A stretch of DNA of 34,965 nt from a virus (lineage: Duplodnaviria; Caudoviricetes). Numbering within the stretch: the first letter of the stretch is position 1; the number at the start of each line of letters is the position of its first letter. The position numbers were made by a program, and so were the translations under genes. The DNA is taken from positions 1 to 34,965 of the IMG/VR virus record IMGVR_UViG_3300032330_001456; one strand, written 5' to 3'. Shown here piece by piece: positions 1-8,117 of this stretch. The notes beneath the pieces are model-generated. The model saw nothing but the letters and a program-made list of their open reading frames with translations, was not told the origin of the DNA and searched no databases.

Positions 1-893
1 CCAAAATTGCGCATGTCTCTATAGTAGCCAGCATTGGCTGCCGCAATCCAAGGATGACCCATTACTATGGGTTTCCAAATCTTTTCTGTACGAAAACTGT
101 AAGGATATTCAAACACCGTTTCGGTGACCACACTGAAATAAGTGTCGATATAGGCTTCTGCTTTGATATAAACTTCGCCCCAGTCACGATTGAACAAATG
201 ATTTTTTACAAATGTATCTGTTGTGGGGGTGTTTACTCTGTGCTGATAAGTGTCATACTCATATTGAGGTTCTAAATATTTTACTGGTCTTGAATGAGCC
301 ATCAAATCCTGACCATGATGTATCAAACTGATTTGTCTATTATGAGCTGTTTGTGTATCAAGTGATGACCATAACGCATGATTTAACAATCCACTCAAAG
401 CCCAACGCTCTATTAGATATTTGCGATTGGGTCTGGTTCTACCATTTAAAAACAGAAACTGATAGGGTTTGTTTGGCTTTGAAAAGATTTCGTTACTACG
501 GCTACAGGCTTGTAAATTTTCCTCGTAGTCGTGTAGTTTGGGCATGAAACTTTCGTAGTAGAGATATGGCCACGAATCATCCATATCGCCACCGGTAATA
601 AGCAATATCTTTTTGCTTTTTACCTGTTGTTCAATACGCAGTGATCCCACACAGCCTATCATGGTCCATGAACCTTCAGCGGGTTGACTCATTATGATTT
701 TGGCTTGACCACTTTCGGCAATTTCAACCAACCAGTCTCTGTGTTGTTCAAACTGCCATCTGCTGACCAAATAGATGGCTCCAGGCACAATAGATTGACC
801 TGCCAGTTCATAAAAGTCACCATCAGCCCACGGCTGTAACAAGTCATAGACTTCGCATCTATTGTCTAATATAAGTTTACGATTTTCGAGCAT
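1..893 (-). CDS. Putative glycosyltransferase-like protein with TEKxxKP motif (GT-B/GT10-like); partial, runs off the window
   Basis: Not in the ORF track because it has no stop in the window. Manual translation from ATG at 893 is open to the edge: MLENRKLILDNRCEVYDLL...YQFLFLNGRTRPNRKYL...YFSVVTETVFEYPYSFRTEKIWKPIVMGHPWI. The TET...TEK..KP motif resembles the GT10 donor-binding motif. Overlaps the radical SAM gene by 17 nt. Confidence 0.6.
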   Translation of the reverse strand, partial: MLENRKLILDNRCEVYDLLQPWADGDFYELAGQSIVPGAIYLVSRWQFEQHRDWLVEIAESGQAKIIMSQPAEGSWTMIGCVGSLRIEQQVKSKKILLITGGDMDDSWPYLYYESFMPKLHDYEENLQACSRSNEIFSKPNKPYQFLFLNGRTRPNRKYLIERWALSGLLNHALWSSLDTQTAHNRQISLIHHGQDLMAHSRPVKYLEPQYEYDTYQHRVNTPTTDTFVKNHLFNRDWGEVYIKAEAYIDTYFSVVTETVFEYPYSFRTEKIWKPIVMGHPWIAAANAGYYRDMRNF

Positions 894-2298
894 GGTATTC
901 ACACTGGCGCCACCAGTCTGTCATTTCTGGAAAAGTTCGTGAAAAATCTGTGCCACGGCGGCGGTCATGTTCTGAGAAAAATTTATAAAAGTCTGCTTGG
1001 TTTTGCTGGATGTATTTGGAATCTAATTGCTGGCCTTGTCGCATCCAAGCAATGTCACGATCCAGTCGGGCCATTTCATAATCTTTGAATCCATGAAATC
1101 TTGTTTCAGGTGTTTCGGCTTGGCGTATCATCCAAGCCCATAAGTGTTCCAGTCGGTCAGCATAACTTTCTGGCAGCAGTTGCAGACTTTGCCATGTAGG
1201 TGTGCGCAGCACAGGAGTGTCGAACCACACACGCTGATATGTTTGAGAGTAGGTTTGTCTCAGTCCAAGTATGCCAGCAAAGAGATTTTCTAATCCTGTG
1301 ACACTTAGGTTGTTCATTGTGATAATAAAGGTCACACTGTTGCGACTGGGTATGTCAGTTAAAAACTGATTAACTCGATCCCACAACAGATTAAAGTCTA
1401 AACCATGTCGGATATATTCGGCCTGGGCGCCCCATGAGTCCACGCTGACATATTGCATAAAGTGTTCAACATGCTCACCCGCACACAGTTGTTGTACATA
1501 ACCTTTGTACCGGAGCCAAGACTTCTCATCCACACTGAAGTTGGAAGTCACATTCAAATGTAGATCTGGCTTGGGATTCTCTAGCACATAGTCAAACACA
1601 CGATAGGTATTGCGATCCAACATGGGCTCGCCGCCAGTCATGCGGAAATGTTGTAGTTCTGGGTACAGTCGAGGCCACCAAGACCAAAAGGCCTCTACAT
1701 AAGGATTGTGTTCTCTTACTGGAATAGGACGGCGGTGCCCAACAAAATGTTCTGGAGCATTATGAGGTACCCGGGTGGGGTATGCTCCAAGTCTAGACAC
1801 TTCATCTGCCCATGAGCTACTAAACTGAGGGCTGCAGTAACTACACCGCAGATTGCAAACATGATTAAAATTAACTTCAACATAGCTGGGCACAACATCT
1901 TCATCCCCAGAGGAGTTGGCAATACTTTCAAAATCTACACTGGCCCAAGGTTCGCCGGATCTGTAATGACGATCACTTAACTTGCCTGCATCTTCCATGG
2001 CCCAACAGTAAGAGCATTCCGCAGGTCTTTGACCAGACAGCATGAGTTGGCGCTGTTGTTTTTTATGAGCAGTGTTGTGTAAGGCAGCAGGGTTGGTCAA
2101 TGATTCAACAGGAATATGATGCAGTGGAGGGTGATAACAACTATTGTTGAGGCCAGTGGGCAAGTGTAGGCTGACCTGTTTCCACTTGGCCAGGCACAGA
2201 CTGGGACTTACTGAATCAAGTTGCTCTTTGATGCGTTCTGCATCACTGAGAAACTTTGACTTAAAATCCTCGCCAACTTCATCGCCTTTGTTTACCAA
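877..2298 (-). CDS. Radical SAM protein with N-terminal twitch (half-SPASM) domain
   Basis: CxxxCxxC motif CNLRCSYC and MTGGEP. N-terminal four-Cys set: CLAKW...NSCYHP...ECSYCW. Start placed at the in-frame TTG at 2298, overlapping the upstream stop; the track start at 2355 gives an unnecessary long overlap. Confidence 0.9.
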   Translation of the reverse strand: MVNKGDEVGEDFKSKFLSDAERIKEQLDSVSPSLCLAKWKQVSLHLPTGLNNSCYHPPLHHIPVESLTNPAALHNTAHKKQQRQLMLSGQRPAECSYCWAMEDAGKLSDRHYRSGEPWASVDFESIANSSGDEDVVPSYVEVNFNHVCNLRCSYCSPQFSSSWADEVSRLGAYPTRVPHNAPEHFVGHRRPIPVREHNPYVEAFWSWWPRLYPELQHFRMTGGEPMLDRNTYRVFDYVLENPKPDLHLNVTSNFSVDEKSWLRYKGYVQQLCAGEHVEHFMQYVSVDSWGAQAEYIRHGLDFNLLWDRVNQFLTDIPSRNSVTFIITMNNLSVTGLENLFAGILGLRQTYSQTYQRVWFDTPVLRTPTWQSLQLLPESYADRLEHLWAWMIRQAETPETRFHGFKDYEMARLDRDIAWMRQGQQLDSKYIQQNQADFYKFFSEHDRRRGTDFSRTFPEMTDWWRQCEYHARKS

Positions 2299-3218
2299 CC
2301 TTCTTGACTCCTGATCACATCTATTTCTCTGACCATAACGCCACGATTGCACCAATTTTTTTGATAATGCATCTTAAACAAGTCGCTGCCTAGGTCATCA
2401 TAACGAGTCATTGGTAAGTCTAGTTGAGTGAGTAAATCTTCTGCCACAATACCTGCAACCTGTTCTGGATCACTGTTTTTGACTGTTTGCCAAAGTTCTT
2501 CCAGTGCATCAAAGTCTTGTACCTGTGTGTAATCCCAGTTTGTGAGCATGGTCATGTATGTGCCTTGTCTGGCGCCGGCAATGGCCCACACACCATTGGG
2601 TACATCACGACCCACATTGTGCCAAATGGTCAAGTGATCTAGGTTACGAGTATGCACACGCTCTTTGAATTCGCTTACAGTGGGCTGCACTCCGCGATTC
2701 AAACACATCTTGACTCCTTCACGGAATCCAGCACGCCAGGCTTGAAAGTCAGTGTGATTGGGAAATGTGGTTGAGTAGCAGTCATGCATGGGCCAGTATC
2801 TAGGATCAAAACAAAATTCTACTTGTGTTTCGGCCGAGCCATCGGTGGCTTCGTGTGTGCGCATGCGATTAACAAAGTCCTTGGTCCAACAGGAGATACC
2901 ACCGTTGCCATACATCAAGCCATTGATATGATTCTTGGCGCGCCAACGAAACACTGCCTGTTCCCATTGCTCATCAGCAAAGGTCAGTGTTTGATTGAAG
3001 AATTCTGGATAAGGAAGATTGTCTCCATCTATCACCACAAAACGTTCAGTGGTGCTGGCTGCAGCAGCAGCCTTGTGTGCTGCATCTGATCCTTTGACTC
3101 CGTCCACACGCTGTGCCCATGGCACCATGTTTTTTACTTTGACCCAAAATTCTTCTTTCTGCGGTTCATCATAGGATAGAAAAATGCAGTCTAAATCTGC
3201 TATGTCAACTTGCTTCAT
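2292..3218 (-). CDS. GT-A fold (GT2-like) glycosyltransferase-like protein
   Basis: 308 aa. N-terminal DCIFLSYDEP, GVKGSDAAHKAAA, and a hydrophobic strand ending in DxD (FVVIDGDN); later AWRAGFREGVK. Confidence 0.65.
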   Translation of the reverse strand: MKQVDIADLDCIFLSYDEPQKEEFWVKVKNMVPWAQRVDGVKGSDAAHKAAAAASTTERFVVIDGDNLPYPEFFNQTLTFADEQWEQAVFRWRAKNHINGLMYGNGGISCWTKDFVNRMRTHEATDGSAETQVEFCFDPRYWPMHDCYSTTFPNHTDFQAWRAGFREGVKMCLNRGVQPTVSEFKERVHTRNLDHLTIWHNVGRDVPNGVWAIAGARQGTYMTMLTNWDYTQVQDFDALEELWQTVKNSDPEQVAGIVAEDLLTQLDLPMTRYDDLGSDLFKMHYQKNWCNRGVMVREIDVIRSQEGW

Positions 3219-3561
3219 TTAATCCGTATCTCCATAAGGTGTGTGGCTGCTGCTGGTCAACAATGACAGTGACATCCGCGGGGTGGCACGGTGTGCCTTC
3301 CACAGTGCTGAGTCGCAATCGTGGTACCATGTACACAGGATCCACCCTAATAATCTTGCCATTTCGAACCACAATGTGTCTGGGTTGTTCCCGGTACAGC
3401 GCCAAATCAACGTCTATGTAATTACCAGGCAAATCCTCCATGGTCCAGGTAATGGGTCGTCCTTGCTCATCGTAATACAAGCGATAAAACACAGGGCGTG
3501 GTGGTTCTGGTTGCCACTCGTTAAATGCTTTCCAAAAATTCTCTGTGGTTTCGTTGTTCAC
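3205..3561 (-). CDS. Hypothetical protein (about 118 aa)
   Basis: GTG at 3561 forms a GTGA overlap with the upstream TGA and exactly fills the gap between two GT genes. Contains FYRLYYDEQGRPITWTMEDLPGNYIDVD. The track start at 3663 is probably too long. Confidence 0.75.
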   Translation of the reverse strand: MNNETTENFWKAFNEWQPEPPRPVFYRLYYDEQGRPITWTMEDLPGNYIDVDLALYREQPRHIVVRNGKIIRVDPVYMVPRLRLSTVEGTPCHPADVTVIVDQQQPHTLWRYGLNEAS

Positions 3562-4328
3562 CGTAACCAATCCTTTTGCTGATAATGAAACAATCCCCAC
3601 TGTGCCACTGTGTTTATGCGTATACCAGGATTGGTCAATTCCCATACTAGTTCTTGTGTCCAAATACTACTGCCTGATCCTATTATGTGTCGTTTCATAT
3701 GCACAATGTTTGGTCCAAATCCACTGGGTAGTATGACTCTTTCTGGCCCCATGATCATGGCTGCTATGGCATACACAACATCGGTACTGGCTTCGTCGTC
3801 GGGAAATTTTAATAATTTACGAAATTCTGCCCAATTTTCAAATATCCTTCGAACTAAATTAAAAAATTCTTTTGCTGTTTCGCTGAGGCGCCAATAGGTA
3901 ATGGCATTGTAAACATCAGGCAAATGATTATCGTCAAACAATCGACGGTAGTATCTAGATCTAGCAGACTGATCGTAAAAGTCTCTACAGCCTTGGCTGA
4001 TCACAACATCCCGATGTTCAAACAAATTCCACCAGTGATCCACAGGGCTGGCCGCTAACATGTCGGCTTCTAGTTTGATGGTTTGGCGATAAGGACTGGC
4101 TGCAAACATTTGCCAGTCATTCACATACCCACCCAGGTCTCCATAAGGCAAAGGAATCACATGATCAAAAATCGGATCCTTGCACGCACCAACAGTGACC
4201 ACAGAGATGTTGGCATTGGGATGCCACTGCCGTATGGATCTGGCCAGGTGCACAGCACAAGTCAAGTAATCAACTGTGTCTGTGTTGACAGCAGGTATGA
4301 GATAACCCTGTTCAGCAAGTACTGGCAA
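3558..4328 (-). CDS. GT8-like (GT-A) glycosyltransferase, ExD variant
   Basis: YLTCAVHLARSIR, SPYRQTIKLEADML, STDVVYAIA, C-terminal VHMK and FHYQQK. Start probably TTG at 4328, with GGGAGA just upstream. Paralogous to the adjacent gene. Confidence 0.7.
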   Translation of the reverse strand: MPVLAEQGYLIPAVNTDTVDYLTCAVHLARSIRQWHPNANISVVTVGACKDPIFDHVIPLPYGDLGGYVNDWQMFAASPYRQTIKLEADMLAASPVDHWWNLFEHRDVVISQGCRDFYDQSARSRYYRRLFDDNHLPDVYNAITYWRLSETAKEFFNLVRRIFENWAEFRKLLKFPDDEASTDVVYAIAAMIMGPERVILPSGFGPNIVHMKRHIIGSGSSIWTQELVWELTNPGIRINTVAQWGLFHYQQKDWLR

Positions 4329-5109
4329 CAATGTCTCCCAAAGTCTTTTTGCCCATGGCATGAAAGTCTTGACCACGCAGTTCAATCCATTTGGGCTTGT
4401 TGTTGTCTGTTGTAAAGTCTACACGAAAAGTATCTGCGTCGGTTTGTTGAAATCGATGTTCGGGTGTGAGACTAGCCAAGCTCCATGGTATGGCTGAGTG
4501 ATCGAGTGTGTGACCATCGACAATGCCCAAAGCAATAGTCAGTGCATGATCATTACGGAATGTGCCTTGAGAATTGCCATAGAGATTTCTATAGTGTTGC
4601 CAATTATCTCTAATCATAGTCATGGAATCAAATATCAGTTCAGCTTGTTTGCTGCGTCTAAACATCATTACAGTGGCCCACCACATGGGCATACGATGCC
4701 GACCAAAACAGTTAAGACCAGAAAAGTCATTGCGACCTGTGACATCATAGGCATGATTGTGTGCTAAAAAATCTTGATCGGCATCAAATAATGTTCTAAG
4801 ATTGTTGCTGGCCACAACATAGTCTGCATCTAACACTAGAGTAGTGTCCCATGGAGATAACTCATATGCACTGGCACGATTGCCATTGTGCCATACTACA
4901 TTTGCATCGTAGTCTGAAAAATGCCTACTGGTGCTGACGCCTGCATCAGTTTTGACCACACAATCAAACACAGGATTATCTACATCTGTGTTGGTGACCA
5001 AACACACAGGAATGTCAAAATGCTGATGTATGCGCCGAGCCGACCACGCAGCCAAGCTCACATAATCAATTTGCTCATTATTGAAAGCAAATATCAGTGC
5101 GCCTTTCAT
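4312..5109 (-). CDS. GT8-like (GT-A) glycosyltransferase
   Basis: 265 aa. YVSLAAWSARRI, VCLVTN, SPWDTTLVLDADYVV (DxD), FRNDHALTIA, C-terminal FHAMGK. Confidence 0.75.
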   Translation of the reverse strand: MKGALIFAFNNEQIDYVSLAAWSARRIHQHFDIPVCLVTNTDVDNPVFDCVVKTDAGVSTSRHFSDYDANVVWHNGNRASAYELSPWDTTLVLDADYVVASNNLRTLFDADQDFLAHNHAYDVTGRNDFSGLNCFGRHRMPMWWATVMMFRRSKQAELIFDSMTMIRDNWQHYRNLYGNSQGTFRNDHALTIALGIVDGHTLDHSAIPWSLASLTPEHRFQQTDADTFRVDFTTDNNKPKWIELRGQDFHAMGKKTLGDIVASTC

Positions 5110-5408
5110 CTGCGTTGGTTAAGTTCCGCATGTTCCACCAACCAGGCATTCATTTGTTCTTGCCAGCGTTCGGCAGCCAGTTTTGTTAGTTCTTGTACAT
5201 TGACCTTGACCGGGGTTTCGTATAAATCTAACAGTACTACATCTTGAGTGCAACAATTCAATACAGACAACAGTTCAGGTCCAGCTTGCCACATACCACC
5301 GGCATGAGCAAATATCATGCGTGCTTGATATTTTTCTCGAAGAGTACGGCGTGCAACCGCGTGTTCAAATCTGGCTCGTGAGTGTGCTACTAACTGTTCT
5401 GTGTCCAT
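5106..5408 (-). CDS. Hypothetical protein (100 aa)
   Basis: Coupled on both sides (TAATG and ATGA overlaps). Helical N- and C-termini around VVLLDLYETPVKV. Confidence 0.8.
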   Translation of the reverse strand: MDTEQLVAHSRARFEHAVARRTLREKYQARMIFAHAGGMWQAGPELLSVLNCCTQDVVLLDLYETPVKVNVQELTKLAAERWQEQMNAWLVEHAELNQRR

Positions 5409-6028
5409 TACTGTAAATCCAATCTTGTGAGTTCTTTTTCATCACCGAGACTACCTTGAACAAAAGTATTAAAGCTGAGACTAACTCGTGTGGCTTCTCC
5501 CTGCACAGCTTCCACCATGTGCGACAGGCTGCTAGGAAACAGGATCAGTCTACCTGGTTCAGCCGGAAACCACCAACTCTTGGAATTGTAAACATTCCAA
5601 TTTTCTGTTGTTATGTCAAGTTGGGTGTAGCCATCTTTGTAAAAGAAAATTCGATCTGTCTCGGGGCTGGCTTCAATGTAAAACACTGCAGACAAAAATG
5701 AGTTGGGATGTGCGTGTTTGTGATGCCATTGTCCTGGCTTGGTATAATTGGTCCATGATATTGTGATGTAGGGCTTGGCATCATGCTTGGGTTGATACAC
5801 CTGTTGGTAGTATTCCTGCAGTGCCTCGGTCATAAAAGTCCGGAGATTTTTCAGTGCAGGAATATCAAGCACACGAGTGTTGACACTGGTTGTGTTGCCT
5901 TCATTGGGGCGTTGCTCCTGATCTAACAGAATCTTTTTTTCTGCTTTGGTTAGATCTCGACCAAGATTAGCAAACCCAATGGGAATAGGAAATAGGGGTT
6001 GAACATCAACTGCAGGAGAGTTTTTCAT
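5408..6028 (-). CDS. 2OG-Fe(II) oxygenase, TIGR02466-like family
   Basis: 206 aa. LFPIPI N-terminus, SWTN, HHKHAHPNSFLSAVFY, LILFPSSLSHMV, RVSLSFN (2OG-binding RxS). Confidence 0.88.
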   Translation of the reverse strand: MKNSPAVDVQPLFPIPIGFANLGRDLTKAEKKILLDQEQRPNEGNTTSVNTRVLDIPALKNLRTFMTEALQEYYQQVYQPKHDAKPYITISWTNYTKPGQWHHKHAHPNSFLSAVFYIEASPETDRIFFYKDGYTQLDITTENWNVYNSKSWWFPAEPGRLILFPSSLSHMVEAVQGEATRVSLSFNTFVQGSLGDEKELTRLDLQ

Positions 6029-6034
6029 AGGGTT

Positions 6035-6063
6035 AGTATACAGTATATGTAGTCAAAAGTAAA
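6035..6063 (-). promoter_or_regulatory. Sigma70-like promoter, probably producing a leaderless mRNA
   Basis: Minus strand reads TTTACT (6063-6058), 17-nt spacer, TATACT (6040-6035), then 6 nt to the ATG at 6028. No SD present. Confidence 0.55.
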
Positions 6064-6082
6064 GGGCCCGCAGACCCTTTTT
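6055..6082 (-). terminator. Rho-independent terminator after the tail module
   Basis: Minus-strand hairpin AAAGGGUC-UGCG-GGCCCUUU (8-bp stem, one G-U pair) followed by ACUUUU, about 20 nt after the stop at 6100. Confidence 0.75.
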
Positions 6083-6099
6083 GGCAAGGTATTTTTGGA

Positions 6100-7101
6100 T
6101 TAGGCCACAGTCGAAGCAACAGCGGGTGTGCCCCAGCTGGCGCTGAGATAGGTTAATGAAGGTGGTACATAGCGACATAACACAGCAGGTGCTGTACCGA
6201 ATGTGGTATAGGGGCTGGCGGTATCGGATCCACCTGAAATATTAGTGCTGGCACCAGGATTGGTATCGCCATTACTAAACCAGGTAGTGACCAATGTAAG
6301 CACTGTTGATCCTGCATTGACTGCGGCTGTGACTCTAATGTAGTCACCGGTGTAAGGAGTTGTAGTGTTATTTAACTGCCACATTGTGGTAGCTGCTGCT
6401 CCCGGCGTAAGTGTGTACCATCCAGTGGTGGTTAGATTTGGTGATGGTGTACCGCTGCCGCCCACTCTTGTAAAGCCGGTGTAGCTGATACCCGCAATGG
6501 TTTGAGCTGCCCCGTTGACCCTGCCACTTAGGTACAAAGTTCCCACAGTTCCTACAAATGTATTCCAGTCTGGATCATTATCGGTACCAGTTGATGTTTT
6601 ACTCATGTCTAAACGCACCAGCCCACCTGCATTCCAGAAATATCTAGCAGCATTAGCATCAGCAAATGTTACTGTCTGTGTCCAGGTAATAGTCCAACTG
6701 GCGCCACCCGAACCAGTTGCTGTGGTTTTGGCGATGCTGCCAGTCCAAGTCGAACTAGTGGTTCCAGAAGCAGCAGCATTGCCGCGATTGGTAGTAATAT
6801 TTGTTAAATCGGTATTCACATTGGCAAGAATACTAATGGTGTTACCGGCAGCAGGTGCGGTGCGACTGGTAATTGCAGTGTTAGTCTGAGCGCCCATGGC
6901 AGTGATAGTATTAACCAAGTTTGCCCATTGTGTAGCTGTGACAGTGCCGCCCACAGCCACCTGACTTACGTTAGCAGTTTGTCCCCAACCTTTATCAGTG
7001 GAGCCCACGGCCCAGACATCATTAACATTGGCGTTGACAGTTACGTTAGCAAAACCGTTGTAGTCAGATGCTACAATTGTGCTACCAGCAGTATACGTCA
7101 T
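6100..7101 (-). CDS. Thr/Gly/Ser-rich virion structural (tail/fibre-associated) protein, copy B
   Basis: 333 aa. MTYTAGSTIVASDYN N-terminus and ARYFWNAGG motif. Ungapped paralogue of 7103-8104. Last gene of the tail module. Confidence 0.7.
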   Translation of the reverse strand: MTYTAGSTIVASDYNGFANVTVNANVNDVWAVGSTDKGWGQTANVSQVAVGGTVTATQWANLVNTITAMGAQTNTAITSRTAPAAGNTISILANVNTDLTNITTNRGNAAASGTTSSTWTGSIAKTTATGSGGASWTITWTQTVTFADANAARYFWNAGGLVRLDMSKTSTGTDNDPDWNTFVGTVGTLYLSGRVNGAAQTIAGISYTGFTRVGGSGTPSPNLTTTGWYTLTPGAAATTMWQLNNTTTPYTGDYIRVTAAVNAGSTVLTLVTTWFSNGDTNPGASTNISGGSDTASPYTTFGTAPAVLCRYVPPSLTYLSASWGTPAVASTVA

Positions 7102-7102
7102 G

Positions 7103-8104
7103 TTATGCCACCGAAGCTGCTATAACCGGAGTACCCCAGGTATTGGAGAGATAAGTGGTCTCTGGTGGTACATACCGACACAACACAGCAGGAGCGGTAC
7201 CAAATGCGGTGTATGGACTTGCAGTATCAGTTCCACCAGAAATATCAGCAGTAGCGCCAGGGTTGGTATCACCATTGCTGTACCAAGTTGTGACTAAGGT
7301 CAGCACTGTACTAGCGCCATTGACTGCTGCTGTAACACTAATATAGTCGCCTGTATAAGGACTAACTGTACTATTGAGTGTAAACATAGTTGTAGCAGAA
7401 GCACCAGGAGTCAAACTGTACCAACCGGTTGTAGATGCAAACGGACTAGGTGTTCCGCTACCGCCAATTCTAGTAAATCCAGTATAGCTAGTACCACCAA
7501 TGGTTTGAGCTGCGCTATTTACTCTACCGCTGACATACAATGTGCCTACAGTGCCAACAAATGTATTCCAATCAGGATCACTGTCTGTGCCAGTTGATGT
7601 TTTGCTCATATCAAGACGCACTAAGCCGCCTGCATTCCAAAAGTATCTGGCCTGATTTGCGTTACCAAAGGTTACTGTATGTGTCCAAGTAATGGTCCAA
7701 GTGGCTTGACCACTGCCAGTGGCTGTGGTTTTAGCTGTGGATCCAGTCCATGAATCGCTGATAGTACCACTACTGACGGCATTGCCACGATTATTGGTCA
7801 CATTGGTTAAATCTGTGTTGAGATTGCTGAGAATTGCAATAATACTGCCTGTGGTAGGATTGGCTCTTGAAGTTATACCTGTATTGGTGTGATTACCCAA
7901 ACTTGTAATTCTGTTGTTTAGATCTGACCAATTACTAGCAGCTACCGTACCACCAGCAGATACGTTACTTAATGTTGTACCTTGACCGTAACCTTTGTCA
8001 CCACTACCTGTTCCCCAGACGTCGTTGACATTAGCACCAGGATTGCCAGCGGCAAATCCGTTGTAATCTGTAGCCTCAATCAAACTTCCTACTGTATATG
8101 TCAT
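7103..8104 (-). CDS. Thr/Gly/Ser-rich virion structural (tail/fibre-associated) protein, copy A
   Basis: 333 aa. SD-like GAGGA upstream. Paralogue of 6100-7101. Confidence 0.7.
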   Translation of the reverse strand: MTYTVGSLIEATDYNGFAAGNPGANVNDVWGTGSGDKGYGQGTTLSNVSAGGTVAASNWSDLNNRITSLGNHTNTGITSRANPTTGSIIAILSNLNTDLTNVTNNRGNAVSSGTISDSWTGSTAKTTATGSGQATWTITWTHTVTFGNANQARYFWNAGGLVRLDMSKTSTGTDSDPDWNTFVGTVGTLYVSGRVNSAAQTIGGTSYTGFTRIGGSGTPSPFASTTGWYSLTPGASATTMFTLNSTVSPYTGDYISVTAAVNGASTVLTLVTTWYSNGDTNPGATADISGGTDTASPYTAFGTAPAVLCRYVPPETTYLSNTWGTPVIAASVA

Positions 8105-8117
8105 CCTGCTTCCTCAG

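Noticed and set aside
2299-4385. Longer track starts at 2355, 3663 and 4385
   Set aside because: They create 60-100 nt overlaps. In-frame TTG/GTG starts at 2298, 3561 and 4328 give compact coupling (GTGA overlap, SD-like GGGAGA).
6035-6056. TTGACT as the -35 element for TATACT
   Set aside because: The spacer is only 10 nt; TTTACT at 17 nt fits the geometry.
6100-8104. DGR template/variable repeat pair or invertible fibre cassette
   Set aside because: Both copies are intact genes, the differences are not adenine-specific, and no reverse transcriptase, invertase or inverted sites are seen.
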